DNA of 64,000 bases. Source: Bacteroidota bacterium. GTDB lineage: Bacteria; Bacteroidota; Bacteroidia; 2-12-FULL-35-15. Positions 1 to 8,206 of this stretch are shown here, piece after piece; the first letter of the stretch is position 1; the number at the start of each line of letters is the position of its first letter. The notes beneath the pieces are model-generated. The model did no database searches and was not told the DNA's origin. It saw only the letters and a program-made list of their open reading frames with translations. The position numbers and the translations under genes were made by a program. The DNA lies in the NCBI GenBank assembly GCA_025963715.1, contig JAOQAG010000008.1, positions 23,907 through 87,906 of the forward strand, given 5' to 3'.

Positions 1-198
1 TAATTTTTCAAAGATCTGGATCACCATATCTTTTGCGGTATCCTTGTCTTTAAAATAATTGATGCACATACCAAAAACCAAATGTGCATATCGTTTGTAA
101 AGCTCGCCTACCAATAATTTATCGTGCGATCTTTTATAGTCGGCGATCAACTCATTATCGCTCATGTGCCGGATAGTTTCGTTTGAAGAGTAGTTCAT
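1..198 (-). CDS. ECF-type RNA polymerase sigma-70 factor, N-terminal 66 aa only (gene continues beyond window start)
   Basis: Reverse-strand translation from ATG (complement at 196-198): MNYSSNETIRHMSDNELIADYKRSHDKLLVGELYKRYAHLVFGMCINYFKDKDTAKDMVIQIFEKL, a sigma-70 region-2 like pattern. Absent from ORF track because no stop lies inside the window. Confidence 0.55.
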   Translation of the reverse strand, partial: MNYSSNETIRHMSDNELIADYKRSHDKLLVGELYKRYAHLVFGMCINYFKDKDTAKDMVIQIFEKL

Positions 199-202
199 AC
201 GT

Positions 203-309
203 GCTTATTTTTTGTTACCCGGAATCGGTTCTTGATGGTAAGACGTTTTCTGTGATCAGATTCCATACAGTTTAACCTGATCGCTTATTTTTTTGTTATC
301 CGGAATGAG
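203..309 (-). promoter_or_regulatory. Pair of 26-bp direct repeats (gcttatttttt(t)gtta(c/t)ccggaat(c/g)(g/a)g) upstream of the ECF sigma gene; candidate autoregulated promoter/operator
   Basis: Copies at 203-228 and 283-309, about 80 bp apart, in the divergent spacer between the sigma factor gene and the plug-domain gene. Confidence 0.2.
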
Positions 310-601
310 TAAACGGCGGTTTTTTGAAAATAAACGGTCATTGTCCGCCCTGAGCGAAAAATGTGATTTATTGTTCCCCATTCCAGCCATTTATAAAAAC
401 CCACTTCTAAGGATCGTCATCCCGCACTTGTTGCGGGATCCCGTAAATACTTGTAGATATATTTGTTTAATGCCGTTTTCAGGTGAAATCGGTAAATTCA
501 TAAATATTTGTGGAATCGGTTTCCCGGACACGTCTTACCTGCAAACAGGCAAAAAAGCGCTAGCCGAATCATTACAAATCTTTTTAAAACCATTAATAAT
601 T

Positions 602-1405
602 ATGAAAACAATCAGACTCTTTTTAATTGCTTCGTTTGCAATGACCGGCAGTTACATTATGGCACAAAATTCAGCCACCATCAAAGGAACCGTAACCGAT
701 AGCAAAGGCAAACCAATGCCATACGCAACAGTGGCGCTCATGGAGGATTCTACGATAACAGCAGCGGTTAATACCGACGATAATGGCGATTATGCTTTTA
801 AGCAAGTTGTGCCCGGAATTTACACGCTGCAATTCTCTTTTGTTGGCTTTAATACTAAAAAAGTAAAAAAAGTGGATGCCGATCCGGAACAGATTGCCTA
901 TGTGAATACTTCTATGCAGGAAAGCAGCACTACTCTTAAAGAAGCAGAAGTTGTAGCGACATACGAAAAACAGATCATCAACCCTAAATTTTCGACAATT
1001 ACACCGATCAAAATCGACCAGATCGAACACATGGCCGTAGCAAAAGGCGATATTGTAGCAATGATCATAGCAGTAACGCCTGCGGTAATGGCATCGGAAG
1101 ATGGTAAAAATATTTACGTACGCGGATCACGCAGCGGCAGCACCCAGTTTATTGTGGATGGTAATAAAGTAATGCCTAATTCCAGCCCGGATGTACCGGG
1201 GCCCGGAATTGCAAGTATGGAAGTGCTTACCGGCGGTGTTCCTGCTGAATATGGCGATTGTACCGGTGGTATCGTAATCATTACCACAAAAGAATACCAG
1301 TGGGAAATGCGCCGCAAGGAAATGGAAAGACGGGCACGCGCAGAGGCGGAAGCGGAAGCAAAACAGGAAAAAGCAAAAGCAAAAACAGTGGAAGTTGTCC
1401 AATAG
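602..1405 (+). CDS. Carboxypeptidase-regulatory-like domain + TonB-dependent-receptor plug domain protein lacking the beta-barrel (plug-only protein), C-terminal EA/KA-rich coil
   Basis: Signal peptide MKTIRLFLIASFAMTGSYIMAQ from ATG 602. TIKGTVTDSKGKPMPYATVAL...DDNGDYAF is CarbPepD_reg-like; NIYVRGSRSGSTQFIVDGNKV...MEVLTGGVPAEYGD is plug-like. The ORF-track start 293 gives a non-signal N-terminus and contains a hairpin repeat, so 602 is preferred. Confidence 0.6.
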   Translation: MKTIRLFLIASFAMTGSYIMAQNSATIKGTVTDSKGKPMPYATVALMEDSTITAAVNTDDNGDYAFKQVVPGIYTLQFSFVGFNTKKVKKVDADPEQIAYVNTSMQESSTTLKEAEVVATYEKQIINPKFSTITPIKIDQIEHMAVAKGDIVAMIIAVTPAVMASEDGKNIYVRGSRSGSTQFIVDGNKVMPNSSPDVPGPGIASMEVLTGGVPAEYGDCTGGIVIITTKEYQWEMRRKEMERRARAEAEAEAKQEKAKAKTVEVVQ

Positions 1406-1430
1406 AACCATAAACAGATCTCCGCAAAAG

Positions 1431-1456
1431 ATCCTGCTCCGGCAGGATTTTTTGTT
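1431..1456 (+). terminator. Rho-independent terminator (atcctgc tccg gcaggat + T6)
   Basis: 7-bp GC-rich stem, 4-nt loop, T-run, 26 nt after the stop of the plug-domain gene. Confidence 0.7.
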
Positions 1457-1510
1457 TTTATAAAATTAAGCGATTATTATCAATCTTATACCAACTCATA
1501 AACACCCAGC

Positions 1511-1606
1511 GCGTCATTGCGAGGGCTTTTCGCCCGAAGCAATCTCATTCCAGTTTTATACACTGGTGTGAGATTGCTTCTCCGCAAGGGCGGCTCGCAA
1601 TGACGT
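1511..1606. repeat. Palindromic element family P92, copy 1 (right arm degenerate)
   Basis: gcgtcattgcgagggcttttcgcccgaagcaatctcat...gagattgcttc..cgcaatgacg. Related copies at 12901-12992 and 32688-32779 and a half copy at 62077-62102. Confidence 0.85.
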
Positions 1607-1700
1607 TCTTAAATAATTCAGATACTAAAAATTAAAGCACGCTAAGAACTTCAAAAAATCCAACCCGCATCCGAAACATTTAGTAATTTTGAGTACTTAA

Positions 1701-2681
1701 TTGATGCACATGAATCCCAAAACTATTCAGCGTTTTATCCGCCTGGCACAAGTCACGTTAATCTTTGTTTACCTGGTTATTATAGCCGGTTCGGTGGTAC
1801 GTGCTACCGGTTCGGGCATGGGTTGCCCCGATTGGCCAAAATGTTTCGGGCATTGGATCCCGCCTACAGATGTATCGCAATTACCGGCTAATTATAAGGA
1901 AATATATGCGGGCGAACATCATGCTGTAGCGGAATTTAACGCTGCCAATACCTGGGTGGAATACCTCAACCGTTTGTGCGGCGCAGTGCTGGGTTTGCTG
2001 ATTTTTGCACAATTTATTCTATCGTTCAAATTCCGGAAAACCGACAAGCGCATTTTTGTTTTATCCTTCATGGAATTTATCCTGATCGGCTTCCAGGGCT
2101 GGCTGGGCGCCAAAGTGGTAAGCAGCAATTTAGCATCGGCAAAAATTACGGTTCACACGATCATGGCATTAATTATCCTTTGCATCGCGATCGCGATCAT
2201 TTACCGTGCAAAAAAATTAATGCGCGTACAGCAGGAAAGCAAAATCGATCCTTCAATAAAGAAACTAGGAATTACCGTTCTATTGCTAACTACGATCCAG
2301 ATCATGCTGGGAACAAACGTTCGCGAGGAAGTTGATCTGTTTTTGAAAAACTTTGATGCCATTTTCAGGAATGAAATTGTGGATCATTTAGGATTAGCGT
2401 TTAAAATCCACCGCACATTTTCCATTGTGCTGATGCTTGTAAACGGTTGGCTGGTATATAAAATTTTGAAAAGCGATGCAACAATGATCTTAAAAAACAA
2501 TGCAAAAAAACTGATCGCAACATTATGCTGTGCTTTTGCAGCTGGTGTAATGTTGAGTTATTATGCATTACCGCCTGCTTTGCAGCCGGTTCACTTTTTG
2601 CTTGCCTGCCTTACATTCGGCTTGCAGGTCGGAATTATTTTGAGGGTTTGGAAACCGGAGCAGGTTTTACCATCGGCTTAA
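1701..2681 (+). CDS. ctaA: Heme A synthase (COX15/CtaA family)
   Basis: Polytopic membrane protein with RATGSGMGCPDWPKCFGHWIPP motif typical of CtaA/COX15. A TAnnTTTG-like motif (taattttg, 1684-1691) lies upstream. Confidence 0.8.
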   Translation: MMHMNPKTIQRFIRLAQVTLIFVYLVIIAGSVVRATGSGMGCPDWPKCFGHWIPPTDVSQLPANYKEIYAGEHHAVAEFNAANTWVEYLNRLCGAVLGLLIFAQFILSFKFRKTDKRIFVLSFMEFILIGFQGWLGAKVVSSNLASAKITVHTIMALIILCIAIAIIYRAKKLMRVQQESKIDPSIKKLGITVLLLTTIQIMLGTNVREEVDLFLKNFDAIFRNEIVDHLGLAFKIHRTFSIVLMLVNGWLVYKILKSDATMILKNNAKKLIATLCCAFAAGVMLSYYALPPALQPVHFLLACLTFGLQVGIILRVWKPEQVLPSA

Positions 2682-3447
2682 CCATAACAGGCTTAACTAC
2701 ATTGTTTTTCCACTGGAACGTTTCCACCATGTGATAAATATCTTTTTTGATAAAATCAACACATGGTTTTATTGAATCGTTATTGGGAACCGCATTAAAA
2801 TACAATGCTCCGCGGATAAAATTACTGGTACTGTCCGTTAAAAAAAACTGGATGCGCGATGCCGCATTTCCGCCAATGTCATAGATCAGCCCGTATACTT
2901 TTTGTTTGTCTTTTGATACTACCTCTTCCTGGATTCCGGATGCTTTTATTTCGTGCTTCGACACCAGCTCGTATGTATTTTGCAAATAGCTGCCAAGGTT
3001 GGTCGCATTTACCGATTCGTAGCTTAAATGTAACGTTGCATTCAACGAAGGAAAATCTAAATTCAGCCAGCAAGGCTCTGCTCCCGGATGCGGGTCTTTT
3101 ACCATTTTTGCATACGCAGGCATCTCAAATTTAAACGGACAAGCAGAATCATACATCACGTATTTTTTTTCAGGAAATGTTAAGCGAAAATACGCGCGCG
3201 GCTTTGGCGCAATGGTTTCATCATCGTCACTTCCGCAGGATGATAAGGAGATGCAGGATGCAAGAATCAAGAAACAAGATACCAACGTACGCGCTAAACG
3301 CTTTGAGGAGATGCAAGATGTAAGAGTCAAGAAACAAGATACCAACGTGTTTGCTAAACGCTTATTTGAGATGCAAGATGTAAGATACAAGAAACAAGAT
3401 ACCAACGTATTCACTAAATGCTTACTTGAGAAATCACGCACCAACAT
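2635..3447 (-). CDS. gldD: Gliding-motility lipoprotein GldD candidate (start ambiguous: M at 3447 or 3516)
   Basis: Lies directly downstream of a GldE-like CBS/DUF21 gene, with ssb and mutY next upstream. This matches the mutY-ssb-gldE-gldD synteny described for Flavobacterium johnsoniae. N-terminus carries lipobox-like signal peptides (LTSC / LSSC). Identity by synteny only, not sequence identity. Confidence 0.55.
   Translation of the reverse strand: MLVRDFSSKHLVNTLVSCFLYLTSCISNKRLANTLVSCFLTLTSCISSKRLARTLVSCFLILASCISLSSCGSDDDETIAPKPRAYFRLTFPEKKYVMYDSACPFKFEMPAYAKMVKDPHPGAEPCWLNLDFPSLNATLHLSYESVNATNLGSYLQNTYELVSKHEIKASGIQEEVVSKDKQKVYGLIYDIGGNAASRIQFFLTDSTSNFIRGALYFNAVPNNDSIKPCVDFIKKDIYHMVETFQWKNNVVKPVMVKPMVKPAPVSKPSK
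3248..3430. repeat. Tandem 60-bp x3 in-frame repeat inside the 5' end of the gldD candidate (encodes a tripled signal-peptide-like unit KRLA(N/R)TLVSCFL(T/I)L(T/A)SCIS)
   Basis: Units 3251-3310, 3311-3370, 3371-3430 at about 85-90% identity. Confidence 0.9.
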
Positions 3448-3472
3448 TCCACTGCGTTTCTCACACACAGTA

Positions 3473-3503
3473 CTTGATTCTTGATTCTTGATTCTTGATT
3501 CTT
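3473..3503. repeat. Heptanucleotide microsatellite (CTTGATT)x4 plus partial unit in the gldE-gldD spacer
   Basis: cttgattcttgattcttgattcttgattctt, immediately 3' of the gldE stop (3506-3508). Confidence 0.9.
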
Positions 3504-3505
3504 TT

Positions 3506-4849
3506 TTAGTCTTCATTGCTGCGTTCAATTGTAATTTTAACACGTTTAATTTTCCGGTTATCCGCCGATTCGATCGTGAATAACAGGTTTTCAAATTTAA
3601 TGAGATCTCCTTTTTTAGGAATGCGGCCTTCCAGCTCCAACAGTAATCCGGCAAGCGAATCGGCTTCCCCTTTTGCTTCTTCAAACACATCACCGTCAAT
3701 TTCCAGGACACGGTATACATCATTCAAATGCGCTTTTCCTTCAAACACATAATTATCATCATCCAGCTTCGAATACGTCAGATCATCGTCATCAAATTCA
3801 TCGTTGATCTCACCCACAATTTCCTCGATCACATCTTCCAGCGTAACAATTCCGGACGTTCCGCCATACTCATCCACCACAACCGCTAAGTGGATTTTTT
3901 TAAACTGGAACTCACGCAACAGATCATCGATCTTTTTATTTTCGGGAACAAAAAACGGCGGACGGATAATTCCCTGCCAGTTAAATGTATCGGCTTCATT
4001 CAAATACGGAAGCAAGTCTTTTGTGTACAACACACCGGTGATCTGGTCGATGGTTTCCTTGTAGATCGGCACGCGCGAAAAACCATAATTGGTAATTTCT
4101 GCCAGTAATTTTTTATAATTGGTGCCAAATTCAATGGCCGTTACATCCGTCCTCGATTTCATGATCTGCTTCACATCGGTATTACCGAACTTTACAATTC
4201 CCTGTAAAATTTTGTGATCTTCCTCCGGAATGTCTTCATCAGAAGTCAGCTCCAGCGCCTGCGATAATTCATCCACCGAAATATTGTGCGCTTTAGGCTT
4301 TACTAATTTATTGATCATGGAAGTGGAATACACCAATACCGAGCTGATCGGATAAAAGATCTGCTGCAGCAACACTATAAAAAACAACAATACGCGCGCA
4401 ACTCTTAAAGGGTTTTGTGTAGAGTAAATTTTCGGGATCACCTCACCAACCATTAAGATCAGGAAGGTAACCACCACCACCTGGATCACAAATCCGAGCG
4501 TCGGGCTTTGCGAAAAATCAAACAAACCTTCCATTACGTACGTGGAAAGTATAACAATGGCGATATTGATAAAGTTGATGCTGATCAGCAGCGTTGCCAG
4601 CAAGCGTTTCGGCTTGTTGATAAGCAAAAGAATGCGGTCATCCGTTTTACTGCTGGATTCTTTCAGCGTTTCGAGATCGGTAGGTGTAAGCGCAAAAAAT
4701 GCAGATTCAGCAGCCGAAACCAGCGCTACAATGCAGAGGAAGATCAGCATAAAAACAATTGCCGCTCCAATGCCAAACGTAAAAGGTTTAATAATAACTT
4801 CCGATAAAGGAATGTGAAGATTCGTTATAAAAACACCCGGAAGGTCCAA
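3506..4849 (-). CDS. gldE: Gliding motility protein GldE (CNNM/CorC family: DUF21 transmembrane domain + CBS pair + CorC_HlyC domain)
   Basis: N-terminal 4-TM DUF21 region, CBS-pair region, C-terminal transporter-associated domain; synteny with ssb/mutY/gldD. Confidence 0.8.
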   Translation of the reverse strand: MDLPGVFITNLHIPLSEVIIKPFTFGIGAAIVFMLIFLCIVALVSAAESAFFALTPTDLETLKESSSKTDDRILLLINKPKRLLATLLISINFINIAIVILSTYVMEGLFDFSQSPTLGFVIQVVVVTFLILMVGEVIPKIYSTQNPLRVARVLLFFIVLLQQIFYPISSVLVYSTSMINKLVKPKAHNISVDELSQALELTSDEDIPEEDHKILQGIVKFGNTDVKQIMKSRTDVTAIEFGTNYKKLLAEITNYGFSRVPIYKETIDQITGVLYTKDLLPYLNEADTFNWQGIIRPPFFVPENKKIDDLLREFQFKKIHLAVVVDEYGGTSGIVTLEDVIEEIVGEINDEFDDDDLTYSKLDDDNYVFEGKAHLNDVYRVLEIDGDVFEEAKGEADSLAGLLLELEGRIPKKGDLIKFENLLFTIESADNRKIKRVKITIERSNED

Positions 4850-4921
4850 TGAATGTAAATTTAGTTAAACAAAATGCTGTTGTAAAAATACAATTTTACA
4901 ATTAAATCGGTCATTCTAATT

Positions 4922-5329
4922 TTAAAACGGCAGGTCATCCCCTGTTTTCGGGATGTGTGTGCCCTGGTCGTCGTTGCCGGATGATGAATTATTATCTTTT
5001 TTACTGCTCAGGATCGTAAATGTATCCGCCACAATCTCGGTGGTGTAACGCTTGATATTTTCTTTATCTTCCCAGGAGCGGCTGCGGATCTTTCCTTCCA
5101 GGTAGATCGTCATTCCCTTTTTCAGGTATTTTTCAGCCACATCGGCCAAACCGCGCCATACCACAATGTTGTGCCATTCCGTTTGATCCGTACGGTTTCC
5201 GTTTTTATCTTTGTACGATTCGGTAGTTGCCAATGTAAAATTTGCAACAGAAGCGCCGCCTTCCAGGTGACGCACTTCCGGATCTTTCCCTAAATTCCCT
5301 ACAAGGATTACTTTATTGATGCCTGCCAT
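4922..5329 (-). CDS. ssb: Single-stranded DNA-binding protein
   Basis: OB-fold N-terminus (VILVGNLGKDPEVR...WHNIVVW) and acidic C-terminal tail ending DDLPF. Confidence 0.95.
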   Translation of the reverse strand: MAGINKVILVGNLGKDPEVRHLEGGASVANFTLATTESYKDKNGNRTDQTEWHNIVVWRGLADVAEKYLKKGMTIYLEGKIRSRSWEDKENIKRYTTEIVADTFTILSSKKDNNSSSGNDDQGTHIPKTGDDLPF

Positions 5330-5396
5330 TTTTTTGAATGAATTATAAATGATGAATTATAAATGTGTGTTGGTTTTCAATTGTGATTCGTAATTA

Positions 5397-5600
5397 CACA
5401 CCCCTAACCCCTCTCAATGGCTCCTACGCTGAAGCTTCGGCGCAAGCGTAAGGGGAATTGATCCTGCTCACAATCTTAATTGATATACAGATTTGTAAAT
5501 TCCTGCCCGACTGCGTCATTCAGGCGGGTGTATTTATTTGTAATTTGTAACCACCCAGATTCGTAATATTCGTTCCTGTTCGTTATCTGTACCACGTTAT
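5397..5600. repeat. Composite intergenic repeat family B, copy 1
   Basis: Shares blocks cacccctaacccctctcaa, ggggaat.gatcctgc, ctgcccgactgcgtcattcaggcggg and cgttcctgttcgttatctgta with 19413-19555 and, inverted, 41540-41760. Confidence 0.8.
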
Positions 5601-5627
5601 CCGTAACCCAAATATACTACACAAATT

Positions 5628-6713
5628 TTAAAAAAGTGTAAGCGTTTTTTTTACCGGTTTTTTCCGTACTTCCAGGTAATTTTCGATCAAACGCGGAACG
5701 GCATATTTTTCCAGATCCTTTTGTTTGATCACAATAGCGTTGGCCGGAATAATTTTTTCGAGCACAGCTTCCGTTTCAATTTCCCAAAAACGGGCAAAAA
5801 TTTTCTGATGACTCAGGATGTGCTTATAATAAGGAGAAACCGACCTGATCGTGAATTTATTTTTCCCCAGCAGTTTTTTCCATCCTGCCGATTTTAAAAA
5901 TTCCTCTTCCTGCAATTCCATTTCGGTTTCCAATAATGGAAAATCGTACAAATTGGTCCAGATATCCTTTGCTTCCCGTTTATTGATCACGGTACTTCCT
6001 TTGTGATCCAATACAATATAATTAAAATAACGGTTCCGCACTTTCGTTTTTTTTGATTTTACCGGCAACTCCGCCACCACTTTTTTTGCAAAAGCATAAC
6101 AATGGTTTTTCATCGGGCAAACCGGGCAATCGGGATTTACCGGCTTGCACATCATAGCGCCAAACTCCATGATCGCCTGGTTGTGAGTGCCCGGATCTTT
6201 TTTATCCAGCAATTCGTTGGCCAGCGCATTGAATTCTTTTTTGCCGGTTGTACTGTCGATAGGCGTTTCTATACCAAATACACGCGCCAGTACCCTGTAC
6301 ACATTGCCATCCACCACCGCATGCGGCTTATTAAATGCAAAGGATGAGATCGCGGCAGCGGTATACTCGCCTACACCTTTCAGGGAAAGGATCTCCGCGT
6401 ATTCTGAAGGAAATTTTCCTTTAAAATCAGCATTCACCATTTTGGCTGCCGTATGCAGGTTCCGGGCACGGGAGTAATAGCCCAGGCCTTGCCAGAGTTT
6501 CATTACCGTGTCGTTTTCCGCTTCCGCGAGATGTTTTACCGTAGGAAATTCACGGGCAAACTTTAAATAATAAGCCATTCCCTGGTCCACCCGGGTTTGC
6601 TGCAGGATGATCTCCGAAAGCCAGATCAGGTAGGCGTCGTTGGTATTCCGCCATGGCAGATCGCGTTTATTTGCACGATACCATTGGGTTATTATACTCG
6701 AAAAGTGCTTCAT
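5628..6713 (-). CDS. mutY: A/G-specific adenine DNA glycosylase
   Basis: HhH-GPD domain, 4Fe-4S cysteine cluster (CKPVNPDCPVCPMKNHC) and C-terminal NUDIX-like domain. Confidence 0.9.
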   Translation of the reverse strand: MKHFSSIITQWYRANKRDLPWRNTNDAYLIWLSEIILQQTRVDQGMAYYLKFAREFPTVKHLAEAENDTVMKLWQGLGYYSRARNLHTAAKMVNADFKGKFPSEYAEILSLKGVGEYTAAAISSFAFNKPHAVVDGNVYRVLARVFGIETPIDSTTGKKEFNALANELLDKKDPGTHNQAIMEFGAMMCKPVNPDCPVCPMKNHCYAFAKKVVAELPVKSKKTKVRNRYFNYIVLDHKGSTVINKREAKDIWTNLYDFPLLETEMELQEEEFLKSAGWKKLLGKNKFTIRSVSPYYKHILSHQKIFARFWEIETEAVLEKIIPANAIVIKQKDLEKYAVPRLIENYLEVRKKPVKKTLTLF

Positions 6714-6856
6714 CTGCGGGTTGAATGGGATATTTTTTGGTAGAGGCCTCCAAAATTACAATTTTAATTTCTCTATCTGAATTTTAATCCTATCTTTGCA
6801 ACCCTAAATTTAATTTTTTTGGATTAATTGTTTGATTTTAAATAGATTATAGAAGT

Positions 6857-7156
6857 ATGACAAAAGCGGACATCATTACAGAAATTGCTGAAAAAACAGG
6901 TATTGAAAAAGTGGCAGTACAAGCTTCAGTTGAAGCATTTATGAAAACGGTTAGAAATTCGATGGTTGCAGGGGAGAATGTATATTTAAGAGGTTTTGGT
7001 AGTTTTATTGTTAAAAAACGTGCTGAAAAAACAGGGCGTAATATTTCAAAGAATACAACTATCATTATTCCTGCACATTATGTTCCGGCTTTTAAACCGG
7101 CAAAAACCTTTACTGAAAAAGTAAAGAAAAATGTTAAAAAGGAAGCAACAGCGTAA
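6857..7156 (+). CDS. hup: HU family DNA-binding protein
   Basis: MTKADIITEIAEKTGIEKVAVQASVEAF...NVYLRGFGSF, classic HU/IHF fold signature. Confidence 0.9.
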   Translation: MTKADIITEIAEKTGIEKVAVQASVEAFMKTVRNSMVAGENVYLRGFGSFIVKKRAEKTGRNISKNTTIIIPAHYVPAFKPAKTFTEKVKKNVKKEATA

Positions 7157-7164
7157 GCGATTAA

Positions 7165-7224
7165 GGATTTGGGAATCAGGATTTTATAATTTTTAAATCC
7201 CAAATCAGAAATCCTAAATTTTTT
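7165..7224 (+). terminator. Candidate terminator hairpin after hup (gatttggga...tcccaaatc, nested aggattt...aaatcct, then T6)
   Basis: Imperfect nested inverted repeats followed by TTTTTT at 7219-7224. Confidence 0.4.
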
Positions 7225-7229
7225 AAAGA

Positions 7230-8078
7230 ATGAAATCTGTAAATAAAACACAATTAATTGTCATTTCAGGTTCATTAGTATTGATCGTTCTTTTATTATT
7301 TGCGAATACACAGCCTCCGAAAAACCAGGACAAACCAATGGCAATGTCCGAACATGCCGGAAATTCAGCTGCTTCAGCATCCGCTTCTATCACTACGCTG
7401 GTAGAAGCTGCAAAAAGCAAATTAACGCCTGCACAAAAGGAGTTGATTTCCAAGCTGGAAGGAGCATTAAAAACCGCTCCCGACAAAAAAACGGCTTACG
7501 AGAACATGGTGAACGAGTGGGATGATCTGAAAAAACAGGATGTTGCCGCGTATTATGTGGAACAGGCCGCAATTGTTTCTCCTACCGAAACCAACTGGAT
7601 GGAAGCAGGTAACAGGTATTACGGTGCAACTCGTTTTGCACAGGAAGCGGACAGGCCTTTACTTTTTGGAAAAGCGATCGGGTGTTATGAAAAAACCATC
7701 ACGATCAATCCTAAGAATGTAGATGCCAAAGTAAATATGGGGGCGTGTTATGTAGAAGGAAGCAGCGATCCGATGAAAGGGATCGGTATCTTAAAAGATG
7801 TGGAAAAAACAGATTCAAACAATGTGAATTTGCAGTTGAACTTCGCATTCTTTTCTGAAAAATCCGGACAGTGGGATAAAGCCATTGCACGCTTTCAGAA
7901 AGTGCTGAAGATCCAGCCCGATTTTATTGAAGCTTACTTACACCTTGCCGATGCTTATGAACAAAAAGGAGATAAGCAAAAAGCAATTGAGTACTATGAA
8001 AAATACAAAAATCTTGTGGATGACGCCAGTACAAAAACGGATATCCAGGACTATATCAATAAATTAAAAAACTCTTAA
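7230..8078 (+). CDS. Tetratricopeptide-repeat protein with N-terminal membrane anchor
   Basis: N-terminal TM helix then TPR-like helical repeats (AYLHLADAYEQKGDKQKAIEYYEKY). Confidence 0.65.
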   Translation: MKSVNKTQLIVISGSLVLIVLLLFANTQPPKNQDKPMAMSEHAGNSAASASASITTLVEAAKSKLTPAQKELISKLEGALKTAPDKKTAYENMVNEWDDLKKQDVAAYYVEQAAIVSPTETNWMEAGNRYYGATRFAQEADRPLLFGKAIGCYEKTITINPKNVDAKVNMGACYVEGSSDPMKGIGILKDVEKTDSNNVNLQLNFAFFSEKSGQWDKAIARFQKVLKIQPDFIEAYLHLADAYEQKGDKQKAIEYYEKYKNLVDDASTKTDIQDYINKLKNS

Positions 8079-8090
8079 AAACAACAGATT

Positions 8091-8180
8091 ATGCCAAGCG
8101 GAAAAAAAAGAAAAAGACATAAAATGGCTACTCACAAACGTAAAAAACGTTTGAGAAAAAACAGACATAAGAAAAAATAG
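8091..8180 (+). CDS. Unannotated 29-aa Lys/Arg-rich small ORF (MPSGKKRKRHKMATHKRKKRLRKNRHKKK) with its own terminator
   Basis: ATG 8091 to TAG 8178-8180; below the ORF-track size cutoff; followed immediately by a hairpin + T-run. Confidence 0.3.
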   Translation: MPSGKKRKRHKMATHKRKKRLRKNRHKKK

Positions 8181-8206
8181 TCAACTGAAAAGTTGATTGT
8201 TTTTTG
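8178..8206 (+). terminator. Rho-independent terminator (aatcaac tgaaaa gttgatt + T-run)
   Basis: Hairpin overlapping the stop of the small basic ORF, followed by tgttttttg. Confidence 0.5.

Noticed and set aside
293-601. N-terminal 103-aa extension of the first track ORF
   Set aside because: No signal peptide, contains a family-H-like hairpin (416-440); an internal ATG at 602 is followed by a canonical signal peptide.
3212-3484. 90-aa plus-strand ORF with repeated EMQDVR.KKQDTNV units
   Set aside because: It is the opposite-strand reading of the 60-bp x3 tandem repeat inside the gldD candidate.
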